Assembly: GCA_030704615.1 (NCBI GenBank)
Contig: CM060732.1
Span: forward strand, 22,258,001 to 22,322,000
Length of the DNA: 64,000 nucleotides
From: Takakia lepidozioides
Taxonomy: Eukaryota > Plantae > Bryophyta
Reading direction: 5' to 3'
The translations under genes and the position numbers were made by a program. Below are positions 24,935-37,671 of the stretch, one piece after another. The stretch's first letter is position 1; each line of letters starts with the position of its first letter. The notes beneath the pieces were generated by a model. The model was not told the DNA's origin. It ran no database searches and saw nothing but the letters and a program-made list of their open reading frames with translations.

Positions 24935-27599
24935 GGCTGCAACCTAAGGAGGAATTGTGTCAGAGACAGTCTGCTAAATGCAAATGGGATGCAAATGAAG
25001 AAGAGCAAGCAAAAAAGGAAATGAAGGTCTGGCGGTGAAGAAGTCTGGTGAAGTTGATACCTTTGCACTTCGGCGACGACGGGCACGCGGCCTTTCAAGA
25101 GCGGGCGGGCGCTACAAACGAATCGTCGAGTCGAAGAGGCAAAAACCGCGAAGCGCAACACACCGTGCAGTCGCAAAGTGGAGAGACGCGAAAGATGCAA
25201 GAGGAGGAAGAGGCGAGGACCCCAACGTAACGGCTCACTGCTAAGTGTGACAGGAGCACGCGTGCAACCGCCGAGGCCATGCACGTCGACCATTGGACTG
25301 CCGTCGAAACATCAAACGTCCCGGAGGCACAATAATGGCCGCCGCCAAGGACTTTCATGGTCTGCCCTAAGTCTCCACCAAAATGGTCTGCCAAAAGGGT
25401 CGGCCAAAAGGGTCTGCCAAAAGGGTCTGCCACAAGGGTCTGCCAAAAGGTCTGCCAAAAGGGTCTGCCACAAGGGTCTGTGGCACTGGTCTGTCGCATC
25501 CGTGAGGCAAAGATTGTCTGCACTCGGTCTGCCGTCGGGGTCTAACCAGAGTTCTCCAGGCTGGTCTGTTGGTTCGGTCTTCTCGTCTGGACTGGCATGG
25601 TGCACTCTTCTCTTCTCCTACTCTGCCCATCTGGTCTGCCCTCTGTCTGCAGTGTGTCCCCACCCGTTTCACCATTTCAATGGTCCTCCGGCTGGGTCTC
25701 TACATCCCCGCACTGTCATGGTAACACTTGGAAGGTCCACTGGTTCGTTGCACAAAAAATTCCGCCACACATGCCCATTTCGTCCTGCATCGATGGGTCC
25801 ACCTGCAAACAACATCCAAGAGACGGAACTCGGGAGAAAATCGGAATTTTATACAGCCAGCCATGCACATATGCTTCCGCTATTTTTGCAATGTCATTCC
25901 ACACATGCTATATGGAGGACAAGCCTCGAACAAGACAGTGTGACAAGGGAAAGGCCGATTCTCAATTGTTGTCCGCTAAATGAGTCGTACTTGTTAGCAA
26001 AGACCTAAATACTTCCATTCAAGTCTGCACTGTAAACTCAATGTAACTCACTTCCCCGCGCTCAAACATTCCCACGAATAGGCGAACAACAAAGCAAAAA
26101 TAGTAGAAGCATATGAACAAAAGAGGCTGTGGCTTGAAACGATGGACTCCGACGTTGCCAGAGAGTCCATGGAGTCATGCAAAGGGATTCTTCACAACAG
26201 CCGAGTCTGTTGGTTCTAAACAGTCAAACAACAAACAGCAGCAAGCAACATGAGAAAAAACAAAAAAAACAAAGGGGGTCTGAGGAGATCGGCGAGTGCC
26301 ATGGCATGCCCTAAATCCGGACGGTCTGGATAAAACCGGATCTGGACGGGCAGATGCGCGCCACGTAGGTTTGGGTCTGTTGTGCCGGTCTCGGGTGGTC
26401 TGTCGGACGACATGAGCAAACTGAGCTTGGGCAGACCCACTGGGGACCCGAGGGCGGGCGGGGGCCGCGGCCCAGGGGCGGGCTGGGCGGCATGCAGACA
26501 GGGCCGCGAACGGCTGCGGGGTTGCCGACCGCGGTGCGCGGCTGGCAGGTGGGGGTGGGCGGGGTGGGGGAGGGCGACCCGCGTCCGTGCGGGCGTGCGC
26601 GCCCTGTCCCACACGCGCGACATAAACTCCCAATTATTCAAAATGAGAGGCGTTGATTTGGGGGTTAGCGAGTGACATGATCAAGGTGATTTCATAGGGT
26701 TTTAATTTATTTAAATACCAGAGTATATAGACTAGTTTCGTGGCATCTTGTCCAATATTTTGTGTTTTAATAATGCGCAGTTTGAGTGTGGGAGTCGGCA
26801 TAAATGGTATGAATATATAGCTATTATTGGTTGGTGGGATAAAAAGAGTTTGTGTCATATATATATATATATATATATTATCTCAAGAGAACAGGGGATA
26901 GAGTACTGGGGGTTGATATGGTATCGCGTGAGCACAACCCACGGTCATGGGAGTTTTATGATTTTTTAACCTTGGTCTTAGGAGTTATATGTTTTCATAA
27001 TGGAATAAAACCATAAGCGGATATAGAGAATTGGTGCATTTATAGAGTAACTTACATTTGACCAATCCAGCGAGGCGAAACCTTCAGTAGTGTAGCCAGA
27101 AACCCTAAACCTATAGCAGCAGCAGTGAATTTCGCATTATGAAATACTTGGTGATATGGGCACAAACCTAAGCAATGGTGGGTTTTGCATTGAGGAAAGA
27201 GAACCTTAAAAGAAAAAATATTGCAACGAATACAAAATGGTTGCAGTTAATACAAAATACAATTCTAATGCTATGGAAATGTGATGCTAAATAGTACTCA
27301 AAAAATGTATTTGTTCCCTCGTCCAAAAATAATCCAAACACAAATAAGCAGAAAATATAACGATATTGATCGAAATGATTTACAGGACAATATAGACAGA
27401 ATAACAAATGATGATATTTTCGCTTACTGAAATTTCCTTTAGAGACGGAGTTAACATGTACATCTGTCATTTAGATCATCAATAAAACTAGAAGATTCAT
27501 TCTTGTGCCGTGAATTTTAGCACAGAATCTGAGAAGGTCTACAATTGTTTCGTTTTGATAACATCAATGTCGACATTTTTTTAGTAATGAATTCAAAGA

Positions 27600-28765
27600 T
27601 TGAAAAAGATTTCTCAACACAAAACTCTTGTCTGTCAGTGAATTTGTTCAAAGCACTATATGCTTTTGAACAAATATGAAGGGATATAAACTAGAAATAC
27701 TTCACCATAACAAAAGAGTTTCTCGACACGAAACTCTTCAAAACCTACATACTTTTGAAACAATATAGAAGGATACGAACTGAGGGATTTGAACTTCTTT
27801 GCCGGAAAAAAATAGTTTCTCAAAACTCTTGTCTGATAGTGTTATGGTTTAAGAATCTGCATGCTTTAGAACCAATATGGATGGATATAAACTCAGGTAT
27901 ATAAACTGCTAGTTTGACGTAGCAAAACAGTTTCTCAACACGAAACTCTTCTCTAACAATGTTTTTGTTCAGAAACCTGCATGCATTTGGAACAATAAGG
28001 AGGGATACTAACTGAGGGATTTGAACTCTTTCGCCTTGACAAACGAGTTTCTCAACACGAAACTCTCGTCTAACATTGTTTTGGTTCAAAAGCATGCACA
28101 AAAGACTGAATGCTTTTGAACCAATATGGAAGGATATAAATTGAGGGATGTGAACTTATTCGCCATCACTAAAGAGTTTCTCAACACGAAACTCTTCTCT
28201 GACAGTTTTTTTATTCAAAAACTTGTATGCTTTTGAACCAATATGGAAGGATATGAACTGAAGGATTTGAATTGCCTCGCCATAACAAAAGAGTTTCTCA
28301 ACACGAAACTCTTCTCTGACAATGTTTTTGTTCAGAAACCTGCATGTTTTGGAAGCAGTATGGAGGGATATGGACTGAGAGATTTGAATTGCTTCGCCAT
28401 AACAAAATAATTTCTCAACACGAAACTCTTCTCTGACAATGTTTTTGTTCAAAAACCTGCATGTTTTGGAACCAATATGGAGGGATATGAACCGAGGGAT
28501 TTGAATTGCTTCGCCATAACAAAAGGGTTTCTCACACATGAAACTGTTCTCCAATAGTGTTTTTGTTCAAAAACCTGCATATTTTGGATCCAATATGGAG
28601 GAATTTGAATTTGCTTCATCATAACAAAAGAGTTTCTCAACACGAAACTCTAGTGTGACAATGATTTTGTTCAATATCCTGCACCCTTTGGAAGCAATAC
28701 TGAAGGATATAAATTGAGGCATTTGAACTCCTTCACTGTGACAAAAAAAATTCTCAACACGAACC
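27600..28765. repeat. Tandem array of about 11 units of 117 bp
   Basis: The anchor TTTCTCAACACGAAACTCTT recurs at about 27609, 27719, 27816, 27932, 28049, 28177, 28294, 28411, 28528, 28633 and 28751. Core spacing is 117 bp. Confidence 0.9.
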
Positions 28766-29401
28766 ATACTCTTCCAACGACACCGCTACCTTATCATTGT
28801 GACCCTCACTGCCACGCCCAACCGTACTTGGTCATTCCATAACACTTTCAACACTGCCAAATCTAACTGTGTGGATGCATATTGTGAATGCTACTATAGG
28901 ATTGTCAATCTGGATTTCAAGCTTACGGGTTGGTCATCTTCTTCGTCCGGGGTACTTAATCGGTCAACAAACAGCACCTGGGCTGATGCCACACAGCTAG
29001 TTTGCTTATTGAATATGCAGCTAGTAGATTGGGATCGTCAATCCATATTCTTTAGCTCTTATTCTTTTATCTACCCACCTAGGGTATACTCATCATCTTG
29101 ATCTGAGACCCAGTATAATACTCTCAAATCACTTCCTCACACTACTTCCTCATGCCAAGTACCTACATTACTTTCCCACACTATTGACACCCAAACACAC
29201 TTTCACGGCGTGCCTAATCTGAGACGTTCTCTCTATATACATATTATGATGTTGCGTCGTCTTAATCAAAGCACACCTGGCAATCATCCGAAACATATCT
29301 GTCTCCCAGTTCCACATCTATATCAGGCTCAATTGTGCTTCCTTACTCGGCACCCAATTCTACATACTACACACTCCCGAAGGATGGTCTGCTCTGTGCA
29401 G

Positions 29402-30470
29402 GATGGGTGCTCGGTTTGGCAAAGCACATGCTCTGCACGTGAAGGCGGGTAATTCCATGCTGATGTTTTTTGAAGGGGACCCACGGTTTGAATGCGGACT
29501 GTCGCCGGATGATATAAAGGCGCTCCAGAAGGTTGAGTCGGAGTGCACAGATAGACTCCTGGATCTGTGGTGTCGATTCTATGTGAAGTCGGTTGAGGCT
29601 GCGTTCACCAACACTATTGCTGTTCTTCCAACGTCGACGTGGACGGTGTTGAAGTCATTGGGGGTGGGGCAACATGAAAGCCTTCTGGAGGTCTTGAAAG
29701 GTTGCCTCAGCACTGAACGACTGGGCAAGGACTTGAAAGAGTGCGATTTCATTTTGGTGCCAATTGGGGACGAGTAAGAACTCTTCCGAGTCTGCTGAGA
29801 CTGTCTCCTGAGTCATAGTCTGGTTTTGCAGTGTTGTCTTGACTTTGAGCGATTAAGTTGACCTCTGTATTTGTGCAGTGGACTGGGTTTGAAGATTGAG
29901 TCTGCTGAGTGCTGAGTATGCTAAGTGGTCGGTCTACTGAATGTCAGTCTGCTGAGTCTGCCCATCATGATTGTGCAATGACGCCATATTGTTTGATACC
30001 ATTGCAGGGGGCACTGGAGTGTTTGTATCATCGACCTCCGCAAGGGCTGTTACACTCACCTAAACTCTATCAGGGACTCGCATAAATGTCCCTTTGTTCT
30101 AGGGTGGATTCGGAAGCTTCATGCTGAGTGCTTAGGGTACTTGATGGACTCACCAGAGTGACATGAGATTGTCCAAGCATTTCAGGTCCACGCGTCTGAT
30201 GTGCCCCAGCAACCATTCAGCTGGGAGTGTGGCTTTTACGTCATGTCATTCATTCAAGTGTTTTATGAGTGGGTAAAAGTCAGAGCAAATGTCTCCAAGA
30301 CTGCAAAGCCAGAGAGATGAGCACCTTTCACGAAGGACTGGTTTACTTTCAAGTTTGCACTTGGGCATCGAATGCAGTGTGCCCAGTATATCGTGCGGGG
30401 GTTGGACAATGTAGAGAAACTGCTCTCATGAGTATGATGTACTTGTCATGTGAAGTCTATGTACCGAAAT
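29402..30470 (+). pseudogene. Ulp1-like protease exons of MULE-2 (disrupted)
   Basis: Exon 29402-29773 (FFEGDPRFEC...TDRLLDLWCRFY...ILVPIG) and an exon from 30008 (GHWSVCIID...HLNSI...VPQQPFSWECGFYVMSF) are colinear with the MULE-1 cargo. In-frame TGA near 30159. Confidence 0.8.
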
Positions 30471-31060
30471 AAAAAATGCGAGTCTTTTCGCTTACTATTC
30501 CAGTGGTGATGAGCACTTTTGTGTACTGTGGGTGCTGGCATGTTTTGTAATGTTGTCACTAAACTCAATGGACACAATGGTGTCAATTTTTCCATGCACT
30601 GTGCACTCGAGTCTGCTGAGCTTGAATGTGCGAGCAGTACGATGCCGAGGCTAGGACTGCTGGGTCTGATACCTAGTCTGGTAGGCACCATGTCCATGAG
30701 TCCGCTGGGACGCTGGATTGGCATGAGTCGTTAGGGAGGTAGTCCACTGGAGCCTGTCTATTTTGAGTCTGCTGTTGTGGATGAGTCTGCTTGAGACTTA
30801 GTCTGTCCAACAGTCTGCTGGAAGAGTTGCAGGGATGAGGTGGAAGTGTGGTGAACAAACTTTTGGAGTGGGCAGCAGACTGGCTTACTGGCGCTCGCAG
30901 TCTGTTGACTGTGACTCTGTTGGGAGTCTGTGCGTGAGTCCGTTGGGAGACTATGCTTGGGAGACTGTGTGGGAGTCAGTTGGGAGACTGGAGGAGTCCG
31001 TTGGGAGACTGTGCATTAGTCCATTGTGGACTTGTATTTCAGAAATGGACAATGCTACCA

Positions 31061-31258
31061 GAGGAATTGCAGACTTATATTGTCTTCTTCGTGACACCTA
31101 CACGACATGAAACCTTGTCTCTTTTCGAGGAATTGCAGACTTATATTGTCTTCTCCGTGACACCTACACGATGTGAAACCTTATCTCTTTTCGAGGCATT
31201 GCAAACTTATATTGTCTTCTTCGTGACATCTACACGACCTGAAACCTTGCGAATTTTT
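31061..31258. repeat. 66-bp unit x3 spanning the MULE-2 transposase 3' end
   Basis: GAGG(A/C)ATTGCA(G/A)ACTTATATTGTCTTC starts at 31061, 31127 and 31193. Confidence 0.9.
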
Positions 31259-34200
31259 GAGTATATATGTGCTGCAGGTGCAGGTGCAGACACCCTCTTG
31301 CTGGTTCTCCGCAAAACCCTAGGCCGGGTTTTCCAGGCCTCCACGAAATCTCGTCTCCTTTTCAGAGACATGTTGTTGTTGTCGTTCAGAGGACGGAAAG
31401 CCTTCGTTGCCGCAAGGTGCAACATTCCAGCCGCACTTTTCGCCAGGATATCAATGAGCTGCCCTCTGCACATATGAAGAGCAGATCGGGCATGTGCCTC
31501 CAGGTATTTGTCATCACCTACAATGCGACGAATTCTTGTTCCATTGAGGCTGAGACCTCCAGAGGTGCCTCGTCGTAGGGGAAGTCGTCCGGAGGATGTC
31601 TTTCCATGAACTGATTGGATTCGTCGTTGCCGCCGGCACCATTGCCCAAGAGCAAGTTAGGTAATCCTCCATGAATGGTTCCAAGCGCCGTGCCACAAGC
31701 GCGCACAAGGAGGCCATCCTGCAGGTCAGGGTGAAGCATCTTCAGGACACAGACCTGATGCTTGCATAAGTTTCCCTTCATTGCCCATGGGCACGTGCAA
31801 CAACCCCAATCGCAATCAGGATTGTAAACAATGTATGTTGTGTCGGGGTGGTTGCTGCTGAGAACGTAGGCTGGTTCATCAGGACCCAAGGGAAGAGTAA
31901 CACTCTCAGTAGGAATGTCTCGTGCCGCAAGTATAGAACTAGATATGTACTTTTCGTGTTTGTCATTTCTTATGAACCCGTGGGTCTTCAAATGGATTGC
32001 TACTAGTAGTGTGTTAGCACACGGCCAGTGAGTTCCCATATAAGCCAGTCCACTCTACGACCACTCATCTTGCCTTTCCCCATGACAAGTCTTGCCTTCA
32101 GATTTCCATGGTATGCCTCAATGCTTACGTTTGTGTCTTGGCTCGCATGAGGGACATGGCAGGCTGCTGTACACCACAGCGGGCTGCTATTTTGGGCTTC
32201 CAGTACTGTTCGATATAGTCAAGAAATTCATGTCCTTTCGGGTATTTTGACCTCATACGACGGATTCTCCTTGCAACCCACCGAAGCGCTCTTTTCTCGT
32301 TGCGTGGTCCCCCTCTACAGTACATGAGGTCTCCCATATCCTTCAACAAGTTTACAGCGGTCACCGGATCCTTCGTTTTCTTGCATGATTGCTTCACCCA
32401 TGCAGCAGACATGCCAAAGGCAGAGGAAAATGAGTACTCCTTCAAAAACAATTCTGCACAATACACATGGTACACATTAGAGTCTTGGGATCGGACTGCA
32501 ATGGTGGACTGTCGGAGTGGACTGTAACAGCGACCTGTATCAGCGGGCAGAGCCACTAGACTCGCCCAGTGGAAAGTACAATGCCATGACGTTGATGTAC
32601 TGGAATAACCCCATTGGACTACCCAGTGGACTTCCCCATTGGACTTCCCCTAGCTAGGACTGGGGCAGCGGACTGCCCCATTGGACTGCCACAGCGGACT
32701 GCCGAGCGGACTTGCCAGGGACTGCCGAGTGGACTTGGCAGCGGACGGCCGACCCCAGGGACTGCTAAGTGGACTTGGCAGCGGACTGCCGAGTGGACTT
32801 GCCGGGGACTGCCAGCGGACTTGCCAAGGGACTGATGACCGGACTTGACAGCGGACTACCAGTGGATTTGCCCAGCGAACTGCCATCGGGTTTCGCCACA
32901 GGAGTCTGTCAGTGGACCGTAGCAATGGACTGCTCCAGTGGACCTCAACAATGGACCAATGTTGTGGACCAACAGACTTACCGAATAGCATTGATTTTTG
33001 CTTCGGCATCGTCCACAATGAAGGCATTGGGTCGCCAGCTCGGCAAATCTGCGACGAGTGAATCGCGCAAGGCTCTCATCCACGGAACCAGGTCTCTTGT
33101 CCGATTCCTCGCGGATAGGATATAGGCAACTGGTATACCGTTCAACCACTCGTCGAAGACCATCAACGTGTACAATGGGAACTGTTGGAATGCACAATGT
33201 AAGATGGTTAGAGCATGCAAATTCCGCTCAGTTCTGCACGGGAAATATTATGTGAATGTTGCATGGTACTATGCTATCATGCTCGTACAAGTCCATGGAA
33301 TCGTTCGAATAGTACCTTGTCATGATTTGTCCCAAAGGTTGCATCACATGCAAGGATACGGTCATGTCCTAGTTCCAGCATTCGTCGTTTCTGCCACGGA
33401 GTCTGTATGCCAATAGTGAATGTTAAATCTCCATCAAAATGCTCGAATGTTGGCTCTAATTTCCCCTCTTGATAGAAAAAAACGGACGCAGGATTCTGGT
33501 CTCTCCACATGCACACACTCTCTGCATCATCGGCGTGCTTTTTGAAGGTTTGCCACGCACGTTTCTCGGCAAGGTTGTGATCATCTTGCTCCAACAAGAA
33601 ATCATCGCGGGTCCATGCATCGCCCAAGCTGGTGTTGTTCATCACGTGCTTTTTATGCTCCATCATGATTTGGGCGACCGACAGGCCTCGGCACAAACAC
33701 TCGACGACCCAGGCTTTCAATTCCTTGTTAATGTGTGGTGCATAGGCGTGGCGGGTGTTCCTGAACTCTACGGACTTCCCATGCGAGGGTTTCCCTTGCG
33801 CATTTGTATGCTCCATGTTGTTGTAGTACGTGAGGACACAGATGTCAGGGGCGAGATAGCATTGCTGGACCTTGAAACAACATTGGCAACCACGTTTGTA
33901 AGACTCTCCATACTCCGACTTCTTTCTCCTTGGGCCTTTATGAGGGCAAGATGTTCCAGCACCCACAAGAGGTCCTCCACGCTTCTGTTTTGGATCCTCC
34001 ACTATTGCCTTGTTGGTGCGCTTATCATCAGGACCGTAGCAGCATTGATACCTGGACAGAAAATTCTAAAATCGATATCCAACGACTTGAAGAAGCATAA
34101 AATCAGAGAACTCGTGAAACAAAAAATGGCAACAGACATGCAATGAAACGTCAAAAGGATTAAGGATGGTGCACACATAATACTGGACATAAATGTGTTG

Positions 34201-34500
34201 GCTCTGGGTGCTTTTCGCGAGCCGGGTTCCACTTTAGAATGGACATTCACCCAAAACTGAGTGGGGTAGTCCTCCAAACTCTCCTCTCCCAGGACGAAGT
34301 CACCAACTCTATCCCAAGGTATGCAGGCATTTTCAACATTCACTCGCACACCCATAAACCCATATTGCGTCTCACTCTTCCAATGGAGATCCTTCCTGTT
34401 GAAGGGTCCTGGTTTTGCTGTTTGCAAACATTGTCGAAGAGGCCGTATAAGCGGGCTTTCCGTGATCAGTATATCATCGGGTTTTGCTTCCACGTCAATG
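31207..34500 (-). pseudogene. MULE-SWIM transposase of MULE-2 (frameshifted)
   Basis: Segments ILACDATFGTN, FPLYTLMVFDEWLNGIPVAYILS, AFIVDD and SWIM CTCPWAMKGNLCKHQ, with the same intron layout as the MULE-1 transposase and clearly homologous sequence. Confidence 0.88.
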
Positions 34501-36156
34501 CCCTATACAGTACAAAGGACACGCTTCTGAACATACAAGAAACGCGCCGCAGTACAAGACACGATCGACAACGGGCCAGAAGAACAGTGCGCACGTTCGC
34601 GGCTGTTGACAAGTGGCAGGTGGTAGGGATGCAGGTTTGAATTGCAGCCCTAAAAATGGAGGGCTCGGATGGGTTATGGGAATGGACGGTGGCGATCCTG
34701 CGCCGTCAGCGGACTGGATGGCAGGGGACTAGCCAGCGGACTGGCGGGCAGACTGGCGGACTGGCAGACTGCTGGGCAGCGGACTGGCCAGCAGCGGACT
34801 GGCAGACTGGAGGGCAGCGGACTCATGGGGGGGGACTGGCCGCGCGGCGGGCGGGGGCGCGGGCGCGGTTGCTGCAGCCGCGCCCGCGGCTGGGCGACCG
34901 CGCGCAGCGGCAGGCGTGGGCGGGCGGGGCGCTGGGGAGCCGGGAGTCTGTGCGCGGGGCCCACCGGCCACATTGCACGTGCCCATTGAAGACCCTATTA
35001 TCTTAAAATGAGAGGCGCCACCTTACCCCCCAAATGCTAGACAAAATAAAAAATAATTACGAATCCCTGAACAACTATGCACAACCCACTACAACTCCAA
35101 AGAAAAACCCAAATATCAATGGGCAAAAAACAGTCACATACCCCTGTCATTTGAAGGCACGATACACTCCAGCGCTGGCCCACCACCCATCACCAAAGTC
35201 AGCAACCCCATTCAGAAATTCAATACCCACAAACAAGAAATAATCCATCTCATTTCTCATCAGACGCCACATGCAACCTATATATAGATAAGTAGTATAA
35301 ATAAGTATATATATATACTTATTGCTGTATGGCCACTTCCAGAAATATGTGGTGCACTGCGACTACATATCAAGTACAACAAGCTACACCTTGCAACAGC
35401 CCTTGCTAATTACGAGTAACGTACAGGCCTGCTGCCACCTAAAAGCACCTAACTACGATATAATCCCCCCCCCAAAGGACTGCCAGCTATGCGGCTCCAA
35501 GATATTAGCATTGGCCACTCTTACCATTCTCAAAGTCATATATGCAATCTGCCACCACAATCGGTCATATTCCAACAGGAACTCACACCAAATCAAGTAT
35601 GGTCTCACACTGTCACTACATATTGCTCATGCACTGCAAAATGCTCCCCCCAGCTGCAGAACACCAAATTAATTCAACATTCCCACTGCTATGCCCTGTT
35701 CCACCTGCCTACTTTTAACAGTGCGGCTCAAACATGAAGGAAGCGTGAATTATGGACCCCGTACTTGAATGTACTCATGCCAACGTTCCCTGCAAACGCT
35801 GGCTTGCGAAATGGGGGACCATCAAATTTAAGATGAGTGAAACTGAAGCAAAGTGGAATACCATTGAGTTAATTATTTTAAAATCATGTTTTACAAAGTG
35901 GTGCCTGACTGCAAGTGGGACAGGGCCCGTAGTAGTAACCTAAAAGCAAACCCACAGTGACACATATTTTTCAAGAACGAAGAATTGGGATGACAGACCT
36001 TAAGGGTCATTTCAGCTCTCTCCTTGTGCTCTTAGGAATACTATCAGTTGGCCTGTATTGACTATCAACTATCAACCCTCTTTTAAGGACCATGATATGC
36101 CCTAATTCGTGCATGAATCCAAGTTCTAATTTATAAACTGAGAGGAACTGCTCTGA

Positions 36157-37671
36157 TCAGGAAGTGAATGGCACGCTGCGCATAAGGGTGAACTCCATAT
36201 TGAATCCGGGACCGAGACCCAGGAGGACGCCCCACTCGCAACCCCCTCCTGTGGTAGATTCCCCGAGTCTTTTGGAGCGGTTCCGCAGCTCATTCAGCAC
36301 AAACAAGCAAGTTGGGCTGGACATGTTACCATAGTTTTCTAGAGTGTCCCAGCTGGGTTGCAACTTCTCCTTTGGTAAGCCCATCACTTCGGCCACCACC
36401 TCTAGAATCCTGTATGCACCCGGGTGCACCACCCAGAACATGTCTGTCCAGTCAGGGGAACCAACTAAGTCTCGACCTTCGGAGAGAAACTCCGGCAAGT
36501 ATTGAGCTAGCAGCTTGGGCACTACTGGTGTGAGATGCTGTACTAGACCTGCCTCCGTGATGGTTCCAGTCATGGCGCTCTCTGTGTTGGGCGGCGACAT
36601 CTGCGTTGACCTGTACATCTCAAATAGAGGCCGCTCCACTCCAGGCAGTGGGTCAGAACCTACTATGAGTGCAGCCGCGCCATCGCCAAACGTGACATGA
36701 GCCTGAAAGAAATCGACTTTAAACATGGTATCTTTAGTTGGAGCTCTGAAATTCATGATGGTGTTACCTTCCGCTGCAATAACCAGCACACGGGCACCCT
36801 TGGCGCTCTCGGCTAGATCTTTAGCTACTCGCATGACGCCACCCCCGCCCCAGCAGCCTGTCTGGTACATACACACGCGCTGAACCGTTGGGCGGAGGCC
36901 GAGCATCCTTGCGACTTTGAGGTCAGCCCCCGGAATGCCTGTCATAGTCGTGGTTGCCATAACCATATGAGTAATTTCTGTCAAGGGGCGACCCCACTCC
37001 TCAATTGCTTTAATCGCTGCCTCCTTGGCAAGTTCAGGGATTTTGGAGTTCGCCATGTCGGTGCGCGTCGTCAAAGTAGTGTCCCAGTAGGTGCAGAGCT
37101 CTGGATGGGCTTTCAGTACTTCATCACTTAGAAACGTGTGCCGTTTTTTGATGCAGGAGGTATCAACTGCACAAAGCACACACAAAAACCATCATCACCC
37201 GATCGTATCTCGAGGAATGGTTGCTAACTAGAGCTGCACATGCGATTCGGCAGGTCTTGACTAACCTGCAATTGTATCTCGGTAACTCTTCACGAGGTCC
37301 TGAATATAAACAGACCTGACAGTAGTATGGAGCATAATTTTCAGCGTGCATGGATGTCCCCGGCCCCTCTAAATCCCTACAGGCTATATACTTAGCTATT
37401 AATTTTGCGGAAATCTGATGGTCCTATGAGTGCGCAGCGGTGATGGGTACTCACTCATGTGTCTGAACGTGCCTTTGAGCTCCTCATCGTGACCAATATT
37501 GCAGATTTCGAATACTCTGTCAGTGTAGGTCGCTTGATCATTTATGGTGGGGGGGTTCGCCGTAGCAATACTCAGAACCGTAGCAGGACCTGCTGGTCGT
37601 TCTACCAACCTGGAGATCGGACGGCGCCGGGGGAGAACCCCATTGTTCCCATTCGACTCTGCTGGCGCCAT
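36157..37671 (-). CDS. Highly diverged type III polyketide synthase (PKS-2), 408 aa
   Basis: complement(join(36157..37166,37455..37671)), 1227 nt in frame. The intron is at the canonical CHS position, but the split codon is Ile rather than Cys. Triad [10 protein letters not shown] / WVVHPGA / YGNMSS, and GLGPGF. Confidence 0.93.

Larger units (their letters stand above)
14041..26651. mobile_element. Complete Mutator-like element (MULE-1), 12.6 kb, Ulp1-carrying type
   Basis: Long GC-rich TIRs start GCCTCTCATTTT...GAATAATTGGGAGTTTATGTCGCGCGTGTGGGACAGG, with similarity extending about 350-390 bp to CCGGATTTAGGGCATG. Exact 9-bp TSD GTTGATTTG at 14032-14040 and 26652-26660. Transposase on +, convergent cargo gene on -. 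Confidence 0.95.
29340..35016 (-). mobile_element. Truncated Mutator-like element (MULE-2), inverted relative of MULE-1, one TIR retained
   Basis: Ends in AAAATGAGAGGC (35005-35016), the same terminus as MULE-1, after a GC-rich TIR region. Transposase on -, Ulp1 exons on +. No left TIR or TSD found, so the left boundary is approximate. Confidence 0.85.

Noticed and set aside
28785-28793. GCTACCTTA as the left TSD of MULE-2 (right flank is GCCACCTTA)
   Set aside because: One mismatch and no adjacent TIR sequence, so it is probably chance.
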